From assembly GCA_024679065.1 (NCBI GenBank), contig JAGIQG010000209.1, positions 1 through 54,699 of the forward strand: a stretch of 54,699 nucleotides of DNA. Reading direction: 5' to 3'. Within the stretch, counting starts at the first letter, position 1; every line of letters begins with the position of its first letter. The notes beneath the pieces were generated by a model. That model was given only the letters and a program-made list of their open reading frames with translations, made no database searches and was not told the DNA's origin. Shown here in pieces: positions 23,811 to 34,800 of the stretch. The position numbers were made by a program, and so were the translations under genes. This DNA is from Sphyrna mokarran. Lineage: Eukaryota.

Positions 23811-24429
23811 GTTTGCTGGTTCCATGTGTTAACTTATCAGGAATTTATCAAATGTCAGTTTTCAGCATCCTGTTTTGCATGAACCTGACTGAATCACCTT
23901 TATTTCAAAGTAAGTGCACTTGCAAAGACGTATCACCGGCTACCAAGAACCTGGGGACATCCTAAGATCGGGACTGCCTCAACATTAAGCTGGGCGACTG
24001 TAATCTCTCTGAAATAGAAACAACTACGCCCTGTTGCAACCCATGTAAAACATAGAGGTAGCACTAACTGCTCACATATCAGAGTATCAAAGGATGTCTT
24101 TGATTTCATGTTTTTCTAACACAATTGCATAAAAAGCACAGAACAGATTGGTACAATTCGGCCTATCAGCTGTTGTTAATGTTCCAGAGGTATCCCATTC
24201 CTTCTTCCTATCACCCATCAACATATCCTTCTACTCCTTTCTGTCCTTTGTGTCTATCCAGCTACCCAGTTAAAATACAACTTTGTCGTTTGTCTCAAGC
24301 GGTCGTGAGAAGGAAAATGGGTCGTGAGAAGAAAAACGCCATAATCATTACGACTTTAATAGTGCAATTTTTTTATTAATTGGCACATTTTAATTTGATT
24401 TGGTTTCATTTATTATTGTCACATGTATT

Positions 24430-24820
24430 ACCATAGAACGAAAAATAGGACCACACTGCATTAAGTTGAACTTTCTCTACATCCTGGCGATGATTCTGAC
24501 ACTACAGTCTCATTTCCTTCTCTATGAAAGGTATGCTTTGTCTGCATATCGCGCAAAAAAACAATACTTTTCATGTATCCCAATACATGTGATAAAATAA
24601 ATCAAATCTATGTACTCTGTGAACGGTATGCTTTGTCTGTGTAGCATGCAAGAAAGAATACATTTCACTGTCTCTCAATACATGTGACAATAATAAATCA
24701 AATCTATGCACTCTATGAATGGTATGCTTTGCCTATGTAGTGCAACAAGGAACAATGTTTTTCACTGTATCCCAATAGATGTGACAATAATAAATCAAAT
24801 AAAATAAAATCAAATCAAAA
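24430..24820 (+). repeat. Rex1-like LINE 3' UTR with ~95-bp tandem repeats
   Basis: 3 x GGTATGCTTTGTCTG..TTTCACTGTATCCCAATACATGTGACAATAATAAATCAAATC. Confidence 0.75.
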
Positions 24821-25216
24821 GCATTCCCTACGCAATCGAGTTCTATATTCCCCCGATTCTTCCAACTTACATTTCAGCCCTGAATTCCTGCTGAGCACCA
24901 CATTCATCCTGCAATATTTTGGAATCCTACTTCTGCCTTGTTGAACCATTTCATAATTGTAAATATTTCAGTAGATCAGCCCTCAATTTACAATATTTCT
25001 TTCAGAGATAAAGAGCTCCAACCTCTTCAAGACTCACTGACAGTTGCACGCTCTGATTTCTGGTATCATTCGTTATGAAATGTTAACTGAACCTTTTCCA
25101 CTACCTGGGAATCCTTACCAGATTCGGAAGAGCGGTGCTCTGCACTCCATGTCTGGTGTAGCTGATGTGAGTGAGATATTTGAGGCATTTTGGAGAACAT
25201 GTCGAATGCTCGCCAG

Positions 25217-25330
25217 CACCTGCACCTGTAGTAAACAGGAAAACCGCAGAGAGCTCTCTACCTCGGTTCTATTTCCAAACGCCTGTCGTATTTTCATTCA
25301 TATACAAGGTGCGGGTATTTCACTCCTCCC
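25217..25330 (+). promoter_or_regulatory. Putative lymphoid promoter of gene B (tandem E-boxes, adjacent Ets-Runx sites)
   Basis: CACCTGCACCTG 25217-25228; CAGGAA 25236-25241 abutting AACCGCA 25242-25248; about 160-190 bp upstream of the ATG. Confidence 0.45.
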
Positions 25331-25409
25331 CCACACAGAGAGAACAAGAGCGAGTTCTCAGTGAAATTTGAATCGGGGGCTCAGAGTCTCACGGTCTCGC
25401 TCAAGGACA

Positions 25410-25452
25410 ATGGGTTTCCTCGGTATCTGTGCATTGTTCCATCTCTTCCAGG
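25410..25452 (+). CDS. Gene B exon 1: signal peptide
   Basis: ACAATGG Kozak context; MGFLGICALFHLFQ + G|GTGAGA, phase 1. Confidence 0.85.
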
Positions 25453-26104
25453 GTGAGATATCCTCATTATATTCAGATAGAACGGAGAAGATTATGCACA
25501 GAGCGAAGAGGCAGAAATTGATTCCATTGGCAGGAGTTTCTGGAAACAAGGGAATATGAATTTGGTAAAAGTAAAGAGGGAGATTAAGGGATTTTTTAAC
25601 CCCCATCTGAGCTGTTGTGATCTGGAAAGTTTTGTCTCAAAGGGCGAAGGAAGCAGATCCAACAGGAACTTTCAAACGGGGGAAATGGAACTTTCAAAAT
25701 GGGTGAAGTGGATACAAATATAAAGGGGTGAAATTCAATAATATTAGTGACATCTTTCACAAGTTCAACTCAAATTGGAAGGGCCGAAGGTCCCCTCACC
25801 CCGGGCTTCAGCAGTTCTGTAAGTTGTGATCTAGCGTGCAAGTTTAACTTAACAATGAATCAAATGTTGCTGAGAAAATGCAACGTCGATTCATAACAAT
25901 GGTTGGAATGGAATTAATCTGATTTTCCATTTCTCCTGAGCTATGCTGTGTGAATGGGCTTCCTTAACAATATTGGCGACTTGGGAGAGAAAGGTTTTCA
26001 AGTAGAACTTCAGAGTCAGTTATAAATTTCTGAACAGACTTTAGCTCCCAAAGTCAACGGAGGACGAGAAGAAACGAAGCAAAATTAGGAAGTGCTGGAA
26101 CATC

Positions 26105-26392
26105 TCAGCGGCACAGTCGGTTAACACTATCACATCACAGCGCCAGGCTCGGATTCCCGCGGAGAGCTTGCACGTTCTCTCCGTGTTTGCGTGTTTCCGT
26201 GGGATTCCTCCGGGTGCTCCTCTTTCCCCCAAAGTCCAAAGATGCGCGTGTTAGTTTGAATGGCCACGCTAAATTGCCCCTTCGTAACAGGGGATTAGAA
26301 GTGTAAATATTGCGGGAATAGGGTTAGGGGGGATTGTGATCGGTGCAGACTCGATGGAGCAAATGGCCTCTTTCTGCAATATAGGATTCAGG
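26105..26392 (+). mobile_element. V-SINE-like SINE in intron 1 of gene B
   Basis: GCGGCACAGTCGGTTAACACT..CTCCGGGTGCTCC..CCAAAGATG. Confidence 0.8.
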
Positions 26393-26444
26393 GAATGCTC
26401 CATAACCTGAAGTGACGGTTGTTCTCTTTCTTTCTCTTTCCCAG

Positions 26445-26783
26445 TTGCAATGTCTCAGGTCACCGTGTCCCAGTTCCCGCCGTTTCAGACTCTCCCTGCG
26501 GGGAGTCCTGTTAATCTCAGCTGCCGCATTCAGGGTCAAGCTATTGGCTTTGTCTTCTGGTACAGACAGAGAGGGAGAAACAGCATGGATTTCATTTACA
26601 GCGCTTACAAGAACAGCCAAGCTGACGGGAGATTTTCCAACCAGATTTCTGAAAATGGGCGTCTTTATTCACTAATCATTGCGGATTCCAGAACAAATGA
26701 CTCTGGGATGTATTACTGTGCAAAGCACATTCATCAAAACAGTGTCCAAATATTCGGAAATGGCTCCAAATTAGTGATTATAG
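26445..26783 (+). CDS. Gene B exon 2: germline-joined VJ-type Ig V domain
   Basis: Strong acceptor TTTCTCTTTCCCAG|; VAMSQVTVSQFPP..VNLSC..FVFWYRQ..GRFS..YSLII..DSGMYYCAK..IFGNGSKLVII G|GTAAAT; phase 1-1. Confidence 0.95.
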
Positions 26784-26885
26784 GTAAATCTCATTAATAG
26801 TCTATTGCAGTGGGTACCTCAGAAAAATTGAAGTGTTCTGTTCCACCAGTTAATGAGTATTTTCCGTTTTATTTGCCGGATTTAG

Positions 26886-27206
26886 CGGGTTCTCCCTCCA
26901 TATTCCTCCTCACCCCGCCACTGGATGAGATTCCCGCCATGGAAAAGGTCCCATTGATGTGCCTGGTCAGAGGCGTGTCTCCCGCTTCCTTTCCTGTTCG
27001 CTGGAATGTTTCGGGGTGCGATACCGAGGGACGGACCGATTCGGGCACACTGGAGCCAGACGGGACCTACACCGTCAGGAGTTACATCAGTCTTCCGGCG
27101 GAAACTTGGAGAAGTGGCGCTCGCTGTACTTGCGCCGTTCGGGTCAACTCCAGTGAAAGTATTCTCAGTAACAGTATTCTCAGTAACAGTTTCTCATCTC
27201 AGGAAG
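26886..27206 (+). CDS. Gene B exon 3: C1-set Ig constant domain
   Basis: TTTAG| AGSPSIFLLTPP..VPLMCLVRGVSP..VRWNVSG..DGTYTVRSYISLPAETWRSGARCTCAV..QE G|GTATTC; phase 1-1. Confidence 0.93.
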
Positions 27207-27709
27207 GTATTCACAATGACTATTTTTCAATCTATTTAATAATAACGGGACACTTTACTAAAAGCCGTCTAACTTTATAAATTACAAATGTCTCTGCGGG
27301 CATCCACTGTCCTATCATAATCCTCCCAGATTCATTTTCTGATACTTTGCCTCTTCTTCGCTACCGTTATGAACCGTGGATGTTCAATCACTGAAACACA
27401 TTTGTGAGAGCGGATAGATTAATGAGTAAGAGAAAGAGCGGTGAAGTGAAGTTTATGTACATGGTGAAGCATAATGATGTTGGATGGCAGATTAGACGAG
27501 ATAGGCCGAATGGCCTCTTCTCCTCTTCCCCTTCTTATATCTGGCTAAGACAACATGACACATCTGAAGGTCAGGGACCAATCTGTCAGTGTGTAAAATT
27601 GAAATGTGTGATTATATTCCCAATGTCGCTCTCTATCTCAGCACAGCAATGAACCGTTTATTCATCCCTTCGCCTCCCAGTACTTCAATCCCATTCAATT
27701 ACATCGGCC

Positions 27710-28250
27710 TTCCCGCGGGTGCTGCTGTTTTCCCACAAATTCCAAAGATGTGCGGGTTAAGTGGATTGGCCGTGCTAATTTGCCCCTTAGTGCCAAAGTA
27801 TGTGTCGGTTAGGTGGATCAGCCATGGTACATGTCCCTTAGTTTCAACGGGTGTGTAGGTTAAGTGGACCAGCTATGGTAAATTACTCCTTGGTGTCAAA
27901 GGATGTGAAGGCTGGGTGTATCAACCATGGTAAATTGCCCTTAATGTCAAAGGATGTGTAAGTTAGGTGGATAAGCCATGGTAAATTGCTCCTTAGTATC
28001 GGAGATATGTAGGTTAGTTAGATTAGCTATGACAAATTGCCCTTTAGCGTCCAAAGATACGTGGGTTAAGTGGATTGGTCATGCTGTATTGCCCTTTAGT
28101 GCCCGAAGTGTGCGGAATAGGTGTATTGGCCATGCTAAATTGAGCTGAGAGTCAGGAGGATTAGCAGAGTAAATACGTGAGGTGACGGGGATAGGGTAGT
28201 GCAGACTCGATGGCCCGAATGGACTTCTTCTGTACAATGGGATTACATGA
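27710..28250 (+). repeat. SINE core with ~8 x 50-bp tandem expansion (gene B intron 3)
   Basis: Repeated GGATGTGTAGGTTAGGTGGAT..GCCATGGTAAATTGCCCTTAG. Confidence 0.8.
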
Positions 28251-28515
28251 TTATTCTCTGCCTGAATCTTCCACTCTCTCCCTCCATCTCTCTGTGTGCT
28301 CTACTCAAAATGTCCTCAGTCTCTCTGTCAGTATTTCTCTTTGCCTGGCTTTGCGCTCTACCGTAAATGTGCGACTCTATTGCATGATAGGAAACTGTAC
28401 AAATTTTTTATCATTTTCCGGTCGAATTGGACAGTTAGATTGAACAAGATCCTTGCTTGTTTAATTATTTCCACACTTGATTCCTGTTGACTGAAAGTTC
28501 AATGTTTTTTTGCAG

Positions 28516-28635
28516 ATTCTCCGTTCTCGCTCACCTGTCATTTATTGTTTTACGGGGGTTTGTCGGCCGCGGCACTTCTCCTTCTGGGGTTGATCCTTGC
28601 GGCTGGAAGAAGGATCTGCAGGAACCGGCAGAGAG
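28516..28635 (+). CDS. Gene B exon 4: stalk Cys, uncharged TM and basic stop-transfer
   Basis: TTTTTTTGCAG| DSPFSLTCHLLFYGGLSAAALLLLGLILAAGRRICRNRQR G|GTAGCG; 120 nt, phase 1-1. Confidence 0.88.
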
Positions 28636-28772
28636 GTAGCGATTGTTGGGGGAATCTGTTATCCGTGGCGCTCTCAGTCCACACATCTATCACCGAGTTA
28701 TTGATAATTCTGAGCGGGTTCAGTGTGAAATTAATTCATTTAAATTTCAGTTTAAATCCCCCTTTCTAACAG

Positions 28773-28831
28773 GAACCGCGAACAGTGATGAGGAACTGAC
28801 AGAATCCACAGAACACAAACAGAATAAAGAG
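28773..28831 (+). CDS. Gene B exon 5: cytoplasmic
   Basis: CTTTCTAACAG| GTANSDEELTESTEHKQNKE |GTGAGT; phase 1 to 0. Confidence 0.8.
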
Positions 28832-29029
28832 GTGAGTGAATGGAATTATTTTTTTAATATACCACACTGATACTTTTCATTAATTATTAATCCGCGGTTT
28901 AGAATTCATTACTAACACGGAAAATTCTAGAAAACCTCAACAAACCTGGTGGCTTCCATAGACAGAGACAGCTTCGAGGCCGAATAATTTCTTTCAAGTT
29001 AGCTTTTTTGTTTAATTCATTCGTGGAAC

Positions 29030-29850
29030 ATTTGATTTGATTTGATTTGATTTATTATTGTCACGTGTATTGGGATACAGTGAAAAGTATTGTTTCTTAC
29101 GCGAAATACAAAGCATACCATTCATGGAGTACATAGATTTGATTTATTGTTGTCACATGTATTGGGATACAGTAAAAAAGAATTGTTTCTTTCGCGCTAC
29201 ACAGACAAAGCATTCTGTTCGTAGAGTACAGTACATTTGATTAATGATTGTCACATGTATTGGGATACAGTGAAAAGAATTGTTTTTTGCACATTATACA
29301 GACAAAGCATATCGTTCACAGAGTAGATAGATTGGATTTATTATTGTCCCATGTATTGGGATACAGTGAAAAATATTATTCCTTGTGCGCTGTACAGGCA
29401 AAGTACACCATTCATTGAGTACATCGATTAGGTTTATTATTGCCACGTATTGGGATACAGTGAAAAGTATTGTTTCTTGCGCACTATACAGAGAAGGCAT
29501 ACCGTTCATTGAGAAGGAAAGGAGAGAGTGGAGAATATAGTGCTACAGTCATACCTAGGGTGTCGAGAAAGATCAACTTAGTGCGAGTTAGGTCCATTCA
29601 GAAGTCTGACAGCAGCAGGGAAGAACCTGTTCTTGAGTAGGTTGGTATCTGACCTCAGACTTTTGTGTCTTTTTCCCGACGGAAGAAGGTGGAAGACAGA
29701 ATGTCCGGAGTGCGTGGGGGAGGGGAGTCCTTGATTCTGTTGGCTGCTTTTCCCCGAGGCAACGGGACGTATAGGCAGAGTCAATGGAGGGGAGCCTGGT
29801 TTGAATAATGGGACTAGACCAGTTCTTGTAGTCTTGGACAGAGCAGGAGA
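29030..29850 (-). mobile_element. Rex1-like LINE 3' end with ~5 tandem ~97-bp UTR repeats
   Basis: Minus ORF PTHSGHSVFHLLPSGKR..KNRFFPAAVRLLN; repeated TTATTGTCACATGTATTGGGATACAGTGAAAA. Confidence 0.8.
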
Positions 29851-29869
29851 CATACCAAATGCATTCACT

Positions 29870-30365
29870 TTGGGAGAATATTCTGGTCCTGGAGAGAGTG
29901 CAGCGAAGATTCACCAGGCTCATTCCAGGAATGGCGGGATTGATGTATGAGGAGAGATTGACTGGTTAAATTTGTTTTCACTGGAGTTCAGACGAATGAG
30001 GGGGGATTTCACAGAGACTTATAAAATTCTAACAGGGCTAAACAGGGTAGATACAGGAAGGATGTTCCCGATAGAGGAGGGAGTCCAGAATCAGGAATCA
30101 CTGTTTGAGGTTTTGGGATAGACCATTTAGGACGGAGGTGAGGAGACATTTCTTCACTCGGTGAGCCTGTGGAATTCATTACCACGGGAAGTAGTTGATG
30201 CCAAAGCATTGAATGTATTCAACGGGCGGCTGGATACAGCACTTAGGAGCGAAGGGAGAAAGTAGAATTAGACGATAGGGCTGGACGAACAGTCATGATT
30301 ATAATGAATGCTGGAGCAGACTCGAAGTGCAAATGACCTCTCCCTGCTGGTATCTTCTATCTTTC
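29870..30365 (+). mobile_element. Degenerate CR1 3' fragment
   Basis: CTGGAGAGAGTGCAGCGAAGATTCACCAGG..GAATGAGGGGGGAT. Confidence 0.75.
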
Positions 30366-31095
30366 TATAAAAACAGCCACCATTATCGAGGACTCCATGC
30401 ACCTTGGATATGTTTTTTTTCCACCTTCTTCCTTTGGGAAAAAGATATGTAATTCTGATTTCACGCAAGGACAGCTTCTTCCCTGCTGCTATCAGACATT
30501 AGAGTGGACCTGCCTCATATTAAGTTAATATTTCTCTACAGCTTACCTATCACTGTAACACTACAAAATGCACCTCTTTTCATTCTCCATACACAATACA
30601 CTTCATCTGTATGTTAGGCAAGAATCATTACATTTCAATGCATGCTAACATGTGACAATAATAAATCAACTCGAAACACTTCTTCACAGAACGCGGGGCG
30701 GAATTCTGTCCACTAAAAAGCTATACAGAATATTGGGCAATTGGAAATCCCAAAGGTGCGACAGATAGATTTATATTAGGGAATGGATTAATTCAATTGA
30801 TATTATTCAATATTGATAGGTGACTGTGAGTTGAGTAACCTTACAGCCGTGAACCGATTGAATAAAGTGGGGGTAGGCAGAAGATTGGGGGGATTCAATG
30901 GTCTCACCTGTCACTATAATACTGGTGTGTATCACGCTAACAGATCGCTTTTCATCCACAGACGCTTTACGCTCGCTTGGCCTTTAACGAGGATCTAAAA
31001 CTTTAATACAAGGATAATGAGAGAGAGAGAGAGAGAGAACTCTCCGTGTGTTTCCTGGATTTACAATGTTGCGGAAACGTTCTTCTTTTTGCAAG

Positions 31096-31248
31096 GTGAA
31101 TTCCGAAAGTGCAGCCGGTGCAAACTCAGGCGGATTGGGGGCTCAATATTATGATGGCGACCAAAGCGGAAATGAACTTTCTCTTAATGTCCACCATTCT
31201 AAGATGGAATATCGCCTGCAGTGCAATTTCACCTCTCTATGCTTCTAA
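31096..31248 (+). CDS. Gene B candidate terminal cytoplasmic exon
   Basis: TTCTTCTTTTTGCAAG| phase 0: VNSESAAGANSGGLGAQYYDGDQSGNELSLNVHHSKMEYRLQCNFTSLCF*; AATAAA at 31723; completes a 344-aa ORF. Confidence 0.5.
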   Translation: MNSESAAGANSGGLGAQYYDGDQSGNELSLNVHHSKMEYRLQCNFTSLCF

Positions 31249-31879
31249 CTTTTCATAGCGGGTTTTAAAATTCTATTCTGCATTTTCTATTGTAATTGTG
31301 CAAGGAATACTTCAAAATGGATCTGTGTCCGAGTTACCATATATTGAAAAAAAGGTTTTGAATACCAAATGTAAGCTGCGTGATTACGGTTTCTATACGG
31401 GTTTCGAACAAATATGCTTCCGGCGGCTCTTCAGCTAATTCACAGAGACATTTTTAGGGTGAGTTTGTTTGCGTTGGAGATGGGATTAAGTGTTGAGCAG
31501 GCATGTGGACAACTGGTTTGCGACTGCATGAATATGAAATCTGCGAGATTAAGTGTGTCCCAACCCTTAACTAGATGTACCCTAGTACTGGATATTCAAT
31601 TGGACATTGGTAGTTAATCCTGAATGAATATTATGTAAAATCAGTATTCCCGTCTGATAACGCGGCTAAGTGGGTTCACTCTTTAAACAATATAGCTTCA
31701 TTGTTGCTTAACAATACATAACAATAAATTCAATCTGTTCCACGTTTTGTGGGAAGTCAAAACTAGTTAATCTGCTGGAGGAGGGCTCGATCATCCGGCA
31801 GAATTCCCAGGTTGGAGTCTCTGTGTCCAATACATAATTATATTATTAGTCTCTTCAATCATTGTTCTATGGGACAGAG

Positions 31880-34800
31880 TGACTGGAAGTACTGGTGGCT
31901 GAGTGTGATTTTTTTCAATTTGCCTTTTTTTCCCTCTCTCTTTTTGACTGCTTTTTGCTGCTGTAGTTAGTCCTGGGGCTAGCTAGGAAGGGCACCGGGG
32001 AGTATAAAAAGAAAGTGGCAGTAGACAGCGGGCAGCGTCGGGAGCGGGCAGCGGAGTGAATAGGGAAGCAGAGTGAAATATAAGGGCTTTGGCTCGTGGG
32101 GCTTGGGCTAGAGCAGGCTTAGGCACAGTGTGCTACTGGTTTTCCACTGGAATTCATACCTCCAAAGGTGTACAAGACAATGGCAGGGATGAAGGGAAGA
32201 CGCCTCACCTGTGTGCGGTGTCACGTATGGGAGTTCCTGGGGCGAGACCTCTCCCGAAAGACCACGCATGCGTCATGTGTTTGGAGCTGCAGCGTCTGAG
32301 GGCTCGGGTCAAGCAACTAGAGCGTCAGTTGGCAGATGCATGTTTAGTCAGGGAGAACGAGGCAATCGTGGAAGGGAGGCAGAGTAGCGTAGCAGACCCG
32401 GAGCCTAAGGGGCGGGGTGGCGGGGTGTGGGGGGTGGAACCTGACCCTTCCAGGTGGATTACTGTCAGGAAGGGGAAAAAGGAGAGGGGAGACAGTCCAA
32501 AGACTTCCCCAGTGGCAGCCCCCCAAAATATCGAGGGCGGAGGGTTAAAAAAGGCAAGGCACGAGGACCAGAATACCTCAAAGGGGAGGAAAGAGGCTAA
32601 TGGTGGGGGATGGGAGGGTTAAAGGAATAGATAGACGCTTCCGTGATCCAAGGCAGGACTCCAGGATGGTAGTTTGCCTCCCTGGAGCAGGGGTGGAAGA
32701 TGTGTCGGACAGGGTAGAGGGCCTTTTGAAGGGTGAGGGGGCCCAGGCGGGTGTGATTATTCACGTAGGAGAGAAGGATGTAGGAAGGAAGAGCAGGGAG
32801 GATATAAGAAGGCAGTTCAGGGAGTTGGGGGGTAGGCTGAAGAGCAGGGCCTCGAAGGTGGCGATCTCAGGTCTGCTTCCAGGCGCGGGTATTAGCGGAG
32901 CCAGGAGAAATGAGATCCTACAGCTGAATGCGTGGCTGAAGGACTGGTGTAGGGCAGAGGGTTTCGTATTTGTAGATAACCGGGAATTCTTTGTGAAAGA
33001 AGGGCACCTGTATGGAAGGGATGGGGAACACTTAAATGGGAAGGGTGTGAATATCTTAGCTGGGAGATTAGCTGGAGTGTTTCGGCAGGGTTTAAACTAA
33101 TATGGAGGGGGGAGGGGATGAGACTGATATCTCGGTAGAGAGCGAGATGTGAGATAGAGTAAGCTTGGATGAGAAGCGATGCACCGGGGAGAAGGAGGTT
33201 CCGAGTGGTCTTGGAGGTCCGGAGTGTGTCTGTTTCAATGCGAGGAGCGTAACGGGAAAAACGGATGAACTTAGGGCCTTAATGTTTGCGAGGAACTTGG
33301 ATGTGGTTGCAGTGACAGAGACGTGGTTAAAGGAAGGGGAGCAGTGGCAACTGAACATTCCTGTTAATAAGTGTTTCAGGCGTGACAGAGGAGGGTCCAG
33401 AAGAGTTGGGGGAGTGGCGTTGTTAGTTAATGAGAGCATCACGGCAGTGCAGAGGGAGGACAATACAGAGGAGTTAGGAGTGGAGTCACTGTGGGTGGAG
33501 TTGAGGAATAGAAAGGGGGCAATTACTATGCTAGGGGTGTACTATAGGCAACGCAACAGCCCACGGGCAGTTGAAGAAGGCATATGTAAAGACATTTTGG
33601 ATAGGTGCAGAAAGAACAGAGTTGTTATAGTGGGAGATTTTAATCTCCCGAGGATGGATTGGAAAGTACCTAGAGCTGGGGGTTTTGATGGGCAGGAATT
33701 TGTAAAATGTGTACTGGAAGGATCGTTGGAACAGTATGTGGCTAGCGCGACTAGAGAAGGGGCTATACTGGATTTAGTTCTGAGTAATGAGCCAGGGCAG
33801 GTGGTTGATGTTGTAGTGGGGAAACATGTGGCTAACAGTGACCACAATTCTGTCTACTTTAGGATACAGAAGGAAAAGGATGCTTGTTGCCCTAGGGGCA
33901 GGTAGCTGAATTGGGGGAAGGCTAACTACGGTCGGATTAGGCAGGAACTTAGGGAACCTGATTGGGAACGGTTGTTTGAGGGTAAGTCCACGCTAGGCAT
34001 GTGGGACTCTTTCAAGGGAATACTGAAAATGTTGCAAGGTAAGTATGTGCCGGCCAAGTGGAAAGATGGGAAAGGTAGAATTAGAGAGCCGTGGATTACT
34101 AGGGATATTGAGGACTTGGTTAGAAAGAAAAGAGAAGGATATGATAGGTAGAAGCAGCTGTGATCCGAGACAGCATTGAAGGAATAAAGGGAGAGTAGGA
34201 GGGAGCTCAAACAGGGAGTTGGAAGGGCTAAAAGGGGGCATGAAATGATTTTGGCGGATAGGATTAAGGAAAACCCAAAGGCTTTTTATTCCTAAGTTAG
34301 GAATAAAATTCCTAAGTTAGGAATAAAAGGGTGGTTAGAGGAAAATTCAGACCTCTTAGGGACAGAGGAAGGAAACTGTGCTTCGAGCCCGAGGGAATGG
34401 CGGAGATCCTGAATGAATACTTTGCGTCGGTATTCACGAAGGAGAGGGGCTTGTTGACAGCTCCTGTCTCTGAGGGAGCTGTGGACCAGTTGAGGGAAAT
34501 ATCTATACCGAGGGAGGAAGTGTTAGAGCTTCTAGGTAGCATTAAAACTGATAAATCTCCTGGGCCTAATGGCATTTATCCCAGACTGCTTAGGAAGGTG
34601 CGAGGTGAAATTGCTGGGCCTCTGACGCAAATCTTTGTCTCTTCCTTGGACACAAGTGAGGTCCCAGAGGAGTGGAGAATAGCTAATGTTGTACCGTTGT
34701 TTAAAAAGGGTAGTAGGGATAACCCTGGAAACTATATGCCAGTGAGTTTGACGTCAGTGGTAGGGAAGCTGTTGGAGGGGATTCTTAGAGATATGATGTA

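Noticed and set aside
26445-27206. Conventional rearranging TCR or Ig light-chain locus
   Set aside because: No RSS or separate J segments; V and J are in one exon; neutral TM and multi-exon cytoplasmic tail are unlike TCR or IgL
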